64,000 nucleotides of DNA, taken from the NCBI RefSeq assembly GCF_963506605.1, contig NC_083281.1, positions 42,904,001 through 42,968,000 on the forward strand. The letters are read 5' to 3'. The stretch's first letter is position 1, and each line of letters begins with the position of its first letter. The notes under the pieces were generated by a model. The model searched no databases, had not been told where the DNA came from, and worked only from the letters and a program-made list of their open reading frames with translations. The position numbers were made by a program, and so were the translations under genes. Positions 49,019 through 59,590 of this stretch are shown here, one piece after another. The stretch comes from Zootoca vivipara. Taxonomy: Eukaryota.

Positions 49019-50965
49019 TCATGGTATGTCACTTTCAAATGCACTTTGTTCTTCTTTCTGATGTTGTCTGGCCCAAGCATATTTCTCCGTAGATCTTATC
49101 TTGTTCAACAACTGCTTATTGCTTAAGAGATAAGCATGAAATTTCTTGCAAGTAAAGTGCTTATAATTGTATTGTACTAGCAATATACTCCGCAGCGATT
49201 CCAAGGATAAGTGGCCTCTTTCTTTGCTCCACCAACTTTGCATCAAAGAGAAAATGTGTTCCATATTTGCATTATCATGTGATGCAACAGCAAAAAAAAA
49301 CTGTGCAATCTTCAAAAGTTCTGAGTGGCACATGTTTTGGGAAGTCTCAAAGTACTTGGTCCACTTCTGATGTGCCTGAAGATTAATGAACTCATCATCC
49401 CCTTTGTATTGATCCACAAACTTCTTGAGGTTGCAGAATTGATCAAAGCACTTCACATCATCTATGGATATATCCCTGTCCAGGAGAAATTTTATAGAAG
49501 GTTCTACCTTGTCCCACTCAAGTGACTCACTAAGAGACATCCACATGAAGCATGAAAACTCTTTCATGGACTCCATCCATTTTCCCAGATATTCTATGCA
49601 GTTGTCATATAAGCTATTTACTTCTGCACAGAATTTGTTACACTCCACACCAAGACCCTCCTTACGCTTTTCTTCTAGAAGACTCTTAACTTTGAGGGGC
49701 ATAAAGTTGTTGCTTTTATGTTCATTGAGCATGTTCTGAACACAAAGCAGAACTTTCAGAACCTCTACAACTGAATTATTTTCCCTTTCGAGTTCTAAAA
49801 TATATGAGTGAAACATACTCATGAGAGACTGCAAGTGCAATAAATAAACCTCACTAAATGCGTGTTCAAAAAACTTTTTTAACACTGTTGGTGGATTATT
49901 CTGTGAGAGAAAAAATGCCTTGACAGCTGGAAACACGCGAATGAGTCTATTGACGCCTGGAAATAATGACAACCACCTTGTCTTGCTATGAGATAGCAGC
50001 TTTTTGTATTCAATATCTACAAATTCACAGTACTCCTTTAACTGCTCCGTTCGGACTGCATAGATGTGAAAGTACTGGTATATCTTGAAAATGATGCTCT
50101 CAACATCGATGTTCAAAGTTTCTGCTGCCTGATGAACACAGTTATTCAAAATGTGTCCTGGACATCCCACACCAATTAACGTTTTGTTATCTAGCTCATT
50201 GTTCAACTTTGCGAACACATTTCTTCCTTCTGAATCCCATCGTATCCCTCCGAACATTGTGCTGCAGTTGTCACCTGTGAATGCTATGCATTTCTTTAGC
50301 AGTCCTTTACTTTCAAGAGTTTCCTTCACGTATGACAAGATTGTATCTGCAGACTCATTGGGTTGGCTTTGCATTTCAATGATTTTGGACTGCAAACCAC
50401 CACTTTTCCAGTCAAAATATTGAATAACTATTGGAAACACCTTTACTGAACCATGGTTACTCCCATCAGTGGAAACTCCACAATAACCTACGTTGTTTTC
50501 TTCAATGCTTTTCAAAACATTTTCCAAACAATCGGGTGCCAAGACAGAATTTACAATTGCCTCTGTCTTGGTTTTTGCACTTGAAAACCTCCTTGCAATA
50601 TCGGAATCTGGGAATGTCGTCTTCAGTAGGCCTGATGTGCATGCCATCACATTATAACTGTTGTGGTGCTTAACAGTGTGAAAAGCAAAAGTTCCTTCAG
50701 CTGCGGTTACTTCGTCTTCCAATCTGCTACATGGTTTTATGAAAAAGTCTGTTAATTGTGCTGAAGAAGCTTCTCCTCGAATTGCTTTTTTGTGTTTTTC
50801 GGACTCCACGTGTGATTGCAGGTCGCGTCCTCCTTTATTTGCCACAGAGACAAATGTACCTGGTTTACATATCATGCATTCACCTTCAAAATCATCTCTA
50901 CCTCTTCTAAAACACGTATACTTTTTCTGCAGCCCACCAGTAAATTTACATTTTCTTTTCGGCAT
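49019..50965 (-). CDS. Intact hAT-superfamily (Blackjack-like) transposase, 648 aa, single coding exon; candidate domesticated gene
   Basis: Uninterrupted ORF from ATG 50965 (ACAAAATG). N-terminal zinc finger CMIC...HVESEKH; catalytic-type motifs GVSTDGSN (D), AFTGDNC (D), CPGH (CxxH), KTRWLS (W) and NANMEHIFS (E); hAT C-terminal dimerization-like region. Confidence 0.9.
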   Translation of the reverse strand: MPKRKCKFTGGLQKKYTCFRRGRDDFEGECMICKPGTFVSVANKGGRDLQSHVESEKHKKAIRGEASSAQLTDFFIKPCSRLEDEVTAAEGTFAFHTVKHHNSYNVMACTSGLLKTTFPDSDIARRFSSAKTKTEAIVNSVLAPDCLENVLKSIEENNVGYCGVSTDGSNHGSVKVFPIVIQYFDWKSGGLQSKIIEMQSQPNESADTILSYVKETLESKGLLKKCIAFTGDNCSTMFGGIRWDSEGRNVFAKLNNELDNKTLIGVGCPGHILNNCVHQAAETLNIDVESIIFKIYQYFHIYAVRTEQLKEYCEFVDIEYKKLLSHSKTRWLSLFPGVNRLIRVFPAVKAFFLSQNNPPTVLKKFFEHAFSEVYLLHLQSLMSMFHSYILELERENNSVVEVLKVLLCVQNMLNEHKSNNFMPLKVKSLLEEKRKEGLGVECNKFCAEVNSLYDNCIEYLGKWMESMKEFSCFMWMSLSESLEWDKVEPSIKFLLDRDISIDDVKCFDQFCNLKKFVDQYKGDDEFINLQAHQKWTKYFETSQNMCHSELLKIAQFFFAVASHDNANMEHIFSLMQSWWSKERGHLSLESLRSILLVQYNYKHFTCKKFHAYLLSNKQLLNKIRSTEKYAWARQHQKEEQSAFESDIP

Positions 50966-51649
50966 TTTGTTGCCTAGAAGCACTAAATTTCAGTTTGAAC
51001 CAGAAAGCAAAAACAGCTCTTGAAAGTAGCATGCAGAACTTAAGAAGTTTATACAATTATCCATTCCTTACGGGCAAAAATTAGTCCATGGTGATATCCT
51101 GAATTTAAGGAGAAGTGGGAGAATTTCAAAAATTCACGAGGTGGGTTCTGCAGACTTCAGAAGTGTTTGAAGTGGAAAAGTGACTGAGCAGGTTATAATC
51201 CCAATTCCCTTTTTAGTCAACGTTTTCCCTTTCAACAGAAGGAGACTCTGCAGGTCAACATCCAGCTACCTTTTCCCCCACAAGCTGAGGCAACAGGTTG
51301 CAAAATATCCAGGCCTCATGTTCAGAATCCAGATCACCTAGAAGGCCAGGCTGTGAAGAAGAGACAAGACACATTGCAATCAATGTTCCTTTCTCCAGAC
51401 GTTTCAGAAATCTGCAACATTACTAATCTGCTCTCGGAAGAATAATGAACACCATGTACGTACTTGGGAACAAGGAAACCTTAAAGTAAGAACATGCAAC
51501 GAAATCCATGCCGATTGCAAAAAGGGAGGGGAGAATGTCTTACTGCAGGGTGAAACGGCGATACAGTACTATCATGGGAGGCAGGCGCGAAGAAAACCGG
51601 AGGAATTAAAACTGCCACCAAGCACGCTCCTTGGCCCAACGAACTAGCC

Positions 51650-52620
51650 GAAGAGAAGACAGTCCTCGGTGAAAGGAGGAGTTGCAGTTGCAACCCCAAG
51701 GCATAAGAGTTACTCGGAGAAAGTCCCCATTACGCACCGTGTGGCTTACTTCCGAGTAAACACGCAACAGGACGGCGCTGCAAACCACCAGATGTGGCAA
51801 GCTCGGATCCGGGACCCGAGGAAAGCAAGAGGGGGCGGGAGGAGGAAAAGCGCCCGCGGATCTCAGCGCCTAACCTGCGAGAGTGCGCGCGTTTCCTGCC
51901 CTCCTCCTCCCCTCCCATTTCATAGCCAGGTAAAGTCGGGTACGACTCCCCCCCCCCGCCCCCCGCTGCAGGTTGCGCTGCAGGTTGCCCTATCTATTCT
52001 CCTTCCCTCCCTCTCAATCCGCCTCCAACTGCCGCCCCTCGACCAAGCCGGGCCCCAACGGAACTTGAGTCGCATTATTTTTTTCCTCTTGGAAGAAGGG
52101 AGCCGGGGGAAGGACGGAGAAGCAACATACTAGAGGCAGGGGGTGAAAGACCGAACTATGGGAGCCTCAGAGCCTGGCATCCTCCCTCTTCTCCCCCGGT
52201 GAAGCGCCCCGCCCCCCACACGCAAACCTCCCTCCACACCGCCTCCTCTTCCCTCAGGCCTGTCGGCGGTGTGGAGGGAGAAGGAGGAAGCGTTGTCGCC
52301 GCCGCGGCTCTCACCTGCCAGCCAAGTTCCGGCAAATCACAGCAGCTCCAGCCGGAATCCCGGATTTTGAAGCTCCTCTTTGCCGCCGTCTCTCCCCCGC
52401 CGCGCCCACAACACCTCGCTTCTGTCAGCCAGCCAGCCTGTTCCAAAATGGCGCGGCTCAGAGGCGCATCCGCGATGCCTTGCGAACAAGCCTCGCGAGA
52501 GTTCGCTGCCATGAGCTGCAGGCGAGACTTGGCTTGAGAGTGGGGCAGGTGGGCTGGAAGAGGGACTGCGCGCGCGCCTGACGTTCTACGACACATTGTA
52601 CATGTGCGAGGGTGGGGGAG
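51650..52620 (-). promoter_or_regulatory. CpG-island promoter with candidate non-coding exon 1 (about 52460..52315, donor CAG|GTGAGA) pointing at the transposase ORF
   Basis: CpG-dense. YY1 motif CGCCATTTTG on the minus strand at 52444-52453, BANP/ZBTB33-like CCTCGCGAGA at 52491-52500, GC-rich NRF1-like run near 52567, strong minus-strand donor at 52315/52314. Confidence 0.75.
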
Positions 52621-52934
52621 ATTATATTACATTAAATATATGATCATATCATACCGGTATATCAACCTGCATCTTTCCGTTATAACGGATTAGAGTATAG
52701 GGTGAGCGCTAAAATAAGGGGCAGTTATTTGGAGAAGCAGCGGACTAAAAATGCAGTGAACTATATTATAGGCGCTTGCTGAGAAACCCTCGACCGATGG
52801 AAGTTTTGACTTCCTGTTTCCTTCAGGGGGTTGAAGGGAGTTTCCAAACCTGCCTCTTTTTTTTTTTGGCAGTTTGCATATCATGGTACCCTCCTAAAGA
52901 ATAGATGTCACTTGATACGTGGTATGTTCTATGG

Positions 52935-53198
52935 CAGTGTTTCTCAACCTTTTTTGGGCCACGGCACACTTGTTCCGTGAAAAAAATCACGAGGCACACC
53001 ACCATTAAAAAAGTTAAAAAATTTAACTCTGTGCCGCCCTATATTATAATTATGACTGTTCTCACTTGCCAAATATTGCTTTCTGGCGGGTCAGTGGTGC
53101 GTATTAGCGGCCGCCAGGCACGTGACAATGCAAATCGCCCTTCTCGTCGCTGTATGTCGCGGCACACCATGCCGCGGAACAGTGGTTGAGAAACGCTG
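52935..53198. mobile_element. hAT (Charlie-like) MITE
   Basis: TIRs CAGTGTTTCTCAACC / GGTTGAGAAACGCTG; 8-bp TSD TTCTATGG at 52927-52934 and 53199-53206. Confidence 0.9.
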
Positions 53199-53412
53199 TT
53201 CTATGGCAGGTGCCTTTGTTTGTCCGGCTCGTAACCCTAAAGGGACTCAAGGAGGCTGGTGAGTAGAGAGAGAATGTTTAACACTGTTTGGGGTCTCATC
53301 AACCACACCTGTAGGGATCAAGACATTTGCCCCCTTTCAAGGGAACGGAAAGAAATTCACTTAGCCAGGACCTTTAGGCTCTTAGCTCTGGCACAACCGG
53401 AACCTCTTAGAC

Positions 53413-53547
53413 CAGGCTTCCTCAACCTCAGCCCTCCAGATTATTTGGCCTACAACTCCCATGATCTCTAGCTAGCAGGACCAGTGGTCAGGGATAATGG
53501 GAATTGTAGTCTCAAAACATCTGGAGGGCCGAGGCTGAGGAAGCCTG
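53413..53547. mobile_element. hAT MITE (URR1-like hairpin family)
   Basis: TIRs CAGGCTTCCTCA / TGAGGAAGCCTG; 8-bp TSD TCTTAGAC at 53405-53412 and 53548-53555. Confidence 0.9.
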
Positions 53548-56500
53548 TCTTAGACTCTTGCAGACATACATTTTATTTGTGGGGCCCTCCTTTCTATTCC
53601 CCCACCCAAATTGAATTGGGTAGGTCAGGTTTTGCTTTCAACAGTAATTGCCAGCTAAACGATGTTTGTTTTGGTGGGGTGGTCATAAGCCTCATTAACT
53701 TCCCCCTTACACCAAAGAATATAAGGAAAATGATATTAAGCCTCACTTAAACCCAGGATAAGGAACACCTTTTAGCATTCATTGCCGACCTTTAGAAGTA
53801 TCCACATCATGAGAACTTCTTTAGCCTAAGTTTTGAGCTAATACTATTTAAGTGGGATCCTCCCCCCCCCCTTTTGGGGGGCGTTCTATAACTTAGGTTT
53901 GTAAACCCTTCCTGAGTTTTACAATGAATTATTATTAATTTAGTTTTTTGAAACCTCTTCTCAATTTTCCTTCGAGGAACTGATTCCTCTAGCCGGCAAC
54001 CTGTCAGGTTTATTTCATTTCATTTCAGAAAATCCCTATTTAGGTTTATGACTAGGGTATTTTCCCTTTTCAAAGAATTCTTATTTAGGTTTATTATGTA
54101 TAGTTTCACGTCAGGCACTTTTAAGTTAGGTTAAGTTTGTTTCACTCTTTTCATATAGAATTAGGTACCGGTATTAGAATGACTCGTTCTAGAGTTTTTC
54201 ATGGCTTTTACTCTTTTTTTGTTTTTGAAAAAATGTGAGGCAGGATAGGTAGGACGCAGAAAGATTTCAGGGTGACTGGAGACCCTGGCCTTGGAGATGC
54301 TGTGTGCTTGAAATCCCAACACAGTTGATGTGGATACAAAAAACAGATGTCACATTCCTAACTTTCAACAGATGGGAACAGGGAAGACCCTGAGCTGGCA
54401 CAGGCTCTCTTTGGGGCATCGGGACCCAGAAGCCTCGCCTTTCCCCCCACTCCCTAGATGCAGGATGGCTTCCTTCCCCCAACACCCTTTCTCATCCCCT
54501 CATCCACTGCATTCCAGGCAACTTCCTGCCCGCGCCCCCCCCCCCCCACAGTAAAACATCTGGCTCCAATTAGAGCAGCAGTAGGAGGAGAGAACAGGCT
54601 ATTTTTATCAAGCCAAACCAGGGAGGAGTGGTATAAAGAGCAAAAGGAGCAGGGAGGAAGGGGTATGTGCCTTGAGCCCTTTTTGTCCAAGGACCAATGA
54701 CCCCAAAAGCCCTACCAGATGCTGTCGGGGGTGGGGTTTGTTTTCTTGGATGGAAGAATTGGTTGCTTTCCCTAATTGCAAAATAAACTCTTTAAGCATC
54801 TGATTTTCAGCTGTGCTTGTCCCTGCTCCGCACTGCCCATTCCCAGCCCAGACATATTTACTCTGCTCTCACTCTCCACCCCTCCCACATCACCAGTGCT
54901 GTGTCTCTGGGGGAAAGCATGCAGCTACTGGACAGAGGCTGTGACCCTGGGAAGCCAACCCCAAACTGACCCCCCCCCCCGCCCTTCCCACCAGCCTGTT
55001 ACTGCTTTCCAAGATTCAGTCAAGGGACAGGCAGGGGTGGGGTGGGGAGGAGGTTTGTGGGAACCAAGCAGACGGCTCACAAAAAAGGAGGGTCAGTAAG
55101 AGCCTTCAAGTAGCATGGGTACAAAAAGCTTTTCTTCCAACAATACAGGGAAGGTCTGGTGCAGAGGAGAACCAGCCTTTTTCAGGAAAAGACTAGACAT
55201 ACTTCATGTTGGTGGATCTGTGTGTGTGTGGATGGGGACAGAGAGAAAGTTAAAGGAAGTTATACTACCAAAATATGCTTGGAACATGGCCAAGAGTCTC
55301 TCAGACTCCTCCGCCCTCTCAAACCTCCCATCTGGCTCTTTCCTGTACATTAGGGGGCTTAGAGGGAGAGGCATTGGCAAAGCATCTCGACCAAAGGAGG
55401 TTCCACCAAGGGCAGAGGAAAGCTAGCCTTCCTGACTGCTTCCCCCATTTTCCTTGTTACCCAGATAAAATTAGGCAGAGGACCAGAGGTGAGACCAAGA
55501 CCACAAGGCACGTTGTGGAAAACTGGAATGAAGTTTATGAAAGATAAGGCACATTTTTACACAAAAGTTTACCGGCCTGTTATAAACCAAGGTTGTCCTG
55601 TATGCAACATGGGTCTGTGCAAAGTTGAAAGAGTCCCCCTCTGGGGTACATGGGCACCAGGCACAAAGCCCCACAGGACCAGTGGGAGGGTTGCTAACCT
55701 CCCCCCTTTTTCCATCTGGGGAAAGAGCCATAAAGGCCACTGGACAAGGCTGCTGCTTGATAATACTTGGCCAAATCACACCCTGTTTGTGGGATGAGAG
55801 GAGTCAGGCAGCAAAGGAAGGGCTGGGGTCATCCCCAAGCTGCCTCCTTGCAGGATGCGCCCCAGTTGTGCATCAACCTGGCAGAAGGTGGGATGAGATG
55901 AAGTGCTGCACCCTGAGAATTCACTGGGAGTTTCCTGGTAGTGTGGAAAAATACCGTAGATGGCACTTACCTGTTCCCTATGCAACTCCTTGAAATAATA
56001 AGCACCATTTGGGAGGGGTAGGAGAAAAACAGGCTTCCAACACAGCCAGGAAAAAAGGGAGATACAGAACTTTGTCACGGTTGATCTGCCTCCCTTGGTA
56101 TGTGGTTGTGTGTAAGCACAGGTGGGTTTAAGGTCCTTGCAGTCTATTGCCTCCAACCCATCCCTTTAGAGGTACCTGGACAGGTGCAACAAGACCTGCC
56201 GCCACAATCCTCCCCAAGAGCACCATATTCATTTTTTTGCCTACTAAATCAGTTAAGCACAATGCAAGCCAGAGTCCTGCATGCAAGTCTGCTTCTGTTC
56301 AGGCTGGTGAACTGCAACCCCCGTACCTTTCTGTTACTGCAGTGGGCACTGCTACACCACTTTCCATGTTCCCTACACATGTCCATTGTGAAAATCAGGA
56401 ATAGTCCTCCCACGTAAACAGAGGAACTGGCATTAGTTCTGTGTGCTGCTCCTTTACTTTGCCTGCACTGCCTTCCCTCTCTAGTTCCCAGGAGGAAAAG

Positions 56501-56763
56501 GAGCAGAGTCCTTGAATTTGCTGTCCAACTAACTAAGTCATCTTGGTCCTTCTTGCCATTTTATCACTGTCACTTGATCCTCTCTCACCCCTGTGCAAAA
56601 CCGCTGCCTCTTATCTGGCATAAGGGCAGGTCTCGCAACGTTTGAGATACTGGCTGGGTGAAGTGATTAACCATAAATCCCTTGGGGTGAGACAAGGGGG
56701 TTTAAGAGTCCAGTAGCAGTCCACCCTGCCCGGGTGAGGAATGTGACTATGGCCAACCATGGG

Positions 56764-58645
56764 TCAATAGTAGTGGACTCTGCCAATGGTGCCAGTGCCT
56801 GTGCCCAGTATGTCAGGCTGCCCGTTGCGCCAGATCTCGCGGAGGATGCGTTCCCGCTCCTCCAGCCGCTGGGCACGCTCCAGCTCTTCTGCCGAGGCAA
56901 AGACGTTGACAGTGAGGGTCCCATCAGGGGTGGAGTGGGCCTCCAGCGGCAGCTCCGTCATAGCCAAGGGGGGCTCAGAAGCCGCTTGGTCAATGGTGTC
57001 TTCCTCCTCATCGTCATCGTCCTCCTCCTCATCGTCCTCATCTTCACTGAAGTCGCGTAGGCTTTTTCGGGGCTTGCGGGGGATGGCCTGAGGCTGCCAT
57101 GAGATATGGATGACCAGCAGGCAGAGGGTCAAGACAAGGCCAAAGCAGACCCCCAGCACAAAATAAAGGCCAAAGCTCTCAGGGTGATCTAGATGAGAGA
57201 GACATGGAGGAGAGGGTCAGAAATAGGCTAGGAAGATCACCGAGGAGACCGGCTTTAGAGATTCAAATGGTAGTGAAGGGGACAGAAATGGTTAAGAGCT
57301 GGGGCTCCCACAGATGCTGTAGACATTAGGCGGTAAGAAACTGAGTTGATTTGCCATTTCTTTGTGGATGCTGGAATTTTAGTAGCCCAAAACTGAAGAC
57401 ACCAGAGATTTAAACTATTGGGCAGCTGGCGGTGAAGGGCTGTTCAGTACTAAATGCTTAAAACATAGATAAATACTTTGGTGTAGGGAAAGTAGAATGA
57501 CGTATATAGAAAATATAGGGATATAGTTTCTTCTGTGTGAAATAAAGAAATAGCCTTTGAATAGCTGGGATGTAGGGACCCAGATGGCGCTTTGGTTAAA
57601 CCACTGAGCCTAGGGCTTGCTGATCAGAAGGTCGGCGGTTCAAATCCCTGTGACGGGGTGAGCTCCCGTTGCTTGGTCCCAGCTCCTGTCAACCTAGCAG
57701 TTTGAAAGCACGTCAAAATGCAAGTAGATAAATAGGAACCGCTACAGCGGGAAGGTAAACGGCGTTTCCATGTGCTGCTCTGGTTTGCCAGAAGCGGCTT
57801 TGTCATGCTGGCCACATGACCTGGAAGCTATACGCCGGCTCCCTCGGCCAATAATGCAAGATGAGCGCGCAACCCCAGAGTCGGTCACGACTGGACCTAA
57901 TGGTCAGGGGTACCTTTACCTTTACCTAGCTGGGATGTAATAAGGGAATACGGAAGTGGGTACAGGAAGAAGGCAAATAATTTGACATGGTAGTCTTTCT
58001 CTGAGGTTTCTTAAATTGTTATCAATTATTTATTTCACATTGTAAATGCTCACTTTCAGGCATTTGTGAATTGCACATCAAGGGATGGAAAGCCTTCATC
58101 CTCAATGACACAGCGGTATACAAATTAGTTTATAAATGAATGAATGGAAGAGCACGGTGTTGAATGCCTCCCACTGTTTTCCATTATGAAGTCAAGGAGG
58201 TATCCTAAATCACACTGCACTGTATGGAGCACTATAACTTTTATGATGCAGTTGATCAAGAGGGTTCCTGAACTTGAAATGCAGTGGACTATATTGGCTT
58301 CTGAGAGAAGAAATCCAAAGGCTGGTGGCTAAATTGGCCAGTCAGTTCATAAATGCAGGTAAACCAGACTCCCTTCTGGGGATGAGAAAGAAGGAGGCTG
58401 GTCTGCCATTTTGAAACAGGAGGAAGAAGATCCTCCATCCACATCCCAAGATAGTGTGCTGAGGACGGATAGTGGGAACAAGATGCCACCTTCAAGATGC
58501 CACCTCTGGCCAAGTGCCAGAGACTGCCATTGCTCACATACAGTATATGTCCGCCCCTGCCCCCATTTCCTGACCTACCTCGGATGTGTGCATAGGCTGC
58601 CATGCTGTTGCTCAGCAGCTCCATCTCCCGCTTGTGGGTCTCCAT
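56764..58645 (-). CDS. EVA1B: Protein eva-1 homolog B, 163 aa; exons 58645..58579 and 57188..56764
   Basis: METHKREMELLSNSMAAYAHIR / DHPESFGLYFVLGVCFGLVLTLCLLV (TM), acidic tract, NVFASAEELERAQRLEERERILREIWRNGQPDILGTGTGTIGRVHYY*. Kozak GCCACCATGG; phase-1 intron with G|gtaggt and ctag|AT. Confidence 0.95.
57575..57926 (+). mobile_element. Full-length Sauria SINE in an EVA1B intron
   Basis: tRNA-like head with B-box ggttcaaatcc, (acctttt)-type tail, 13-bp TSD TAGCTGGGATGTA at 57562-57574 and 57927-57939. Confidence 0.9.
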
Positions 58646-58689
58646 GGTGGCTCCTCAGTGGCACCTGGGAGGACAGGGAGGAGGGGTCA

Positions 58690-59590
58690 TTATTAGCATA
58701 TTACTCCTGCCCAATTCCTAGAATTAGGAGATATGGTTCTTCTAACAATTTGTTCAGACAGGAGGCAGCTCAACTGGAAAGAGGACTAAATGACAGAGGG
58801 TGTCCATGAAGAATTGCAGAGAACATCAGGCTAAGGCCCTTCAGAAAGAACACAGAGGACCTTCTATCAATATCCCTGCTGAGGAGCAAGGACAGAATTG
58901 TTTGTGGTCTGAGATAGGACAGTGTCACCAATGGTCTTCAGAATCGTATTCAGAAACATTGGCATCTCAAGATGATGTTCTAGGTTTAGAGAGCAAACTT
59001 TTAATCACAAAAGAACAAGGAACTTAGACTGGTTGGTCCACAGCGACTCTAGTGTAAAATCCACAACAGTCCATTATCTTGGGAATATCTAAGCCAGGCA
59101 TCCCCAAACTGCGGCCCTCCAGATGTTTTGGCCTACAACTCCCATGATCCCTAGCTAACAGGACCAGTGGTCAGGGAAGATGGGAATTGTAGTCCACAAC
59201 ATCTGGAGGGCTGAAGTTTGGGGGTGCCTGATCTAAGCCCTCTGGCTACCATCCCTGTAGACAGTGCATTCACTGTAATCATACAAGTAAATTTTACACG
59301 TTCACAAATTCAACAGTTTATACCAGCCAACATTTCTCCATGTGCAGTAGCATTTATGTAGTATATGCCATTTGGTGTTCATGCAGGAAACTATATGTGG
59401 GTCAAACACAAAGACCACTACAGATGAGCACCTCAGTAGCATGTGGGATAAAAACAAGGTACACCGCCCCCATTGTGAATCATTTCTTAGAACCAGGTCA
59501 CATAAAGCTGAATGCACACAAGTTAAATGCATGTGGGTTGCAGTTCTACTGTATCTCTAAGATGCCTCCAACAAAGGAATTTCTCTAAAA
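58690..59590 (+). mobile_element. Decayed Penelope-like retroelement (RT C-terminus to GIY-YIG endonuclease), interrupted by a MITE
   Basis: Frame-broken peptides RIRRYGSSNNLFRQEAAQLERGLNDRGCP, RIQKHWHL, RNLDWLVHSD and GIY-YIG-like VVYAIWCSCRKLYVGQTQRPL...PIVNHFLEPGH. Confidence 0.7.
59095..59230. mobile_element. hAT MITE (same family as 53413-53547)
   Basis: TIRs CAGGCATCCCCAAACT / AGTTTGGGGGTGCCTG; 8-bp TSD ATCTAAGC at 59087-59094 and 59231-59238. Confidence 0.9.

Noticed and set aside
50966-50983. N-terminal MLLGNK extension of the 654-aa ORF in the ORF track
   Set aside because: It starts at a GTG and spans the predicted splice acceptor; the ATG at 50965 (MPKRK) is the credible start.
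51393-51400. CTCCAGAC as the possible partner TSD of the transposase element
   Set aside because: One mismatch to TTCCAGAC and no adjacent TGGCAACC-type TIR; likely chance.
51669-52596. ORFs of 112-154 aa in the orphan CpG island as a possible TMEM234 or EIF3I first exon
   Set aside because: No resemblance to those proteins as I recall them; composition is typical of non-coding GC-rich DNA.
57575-57650. tRNA-like sequence with A/B boxes (also at about 25325 and 41820)
   Set aside because: These are SINE heads; no complete cloverleaf.
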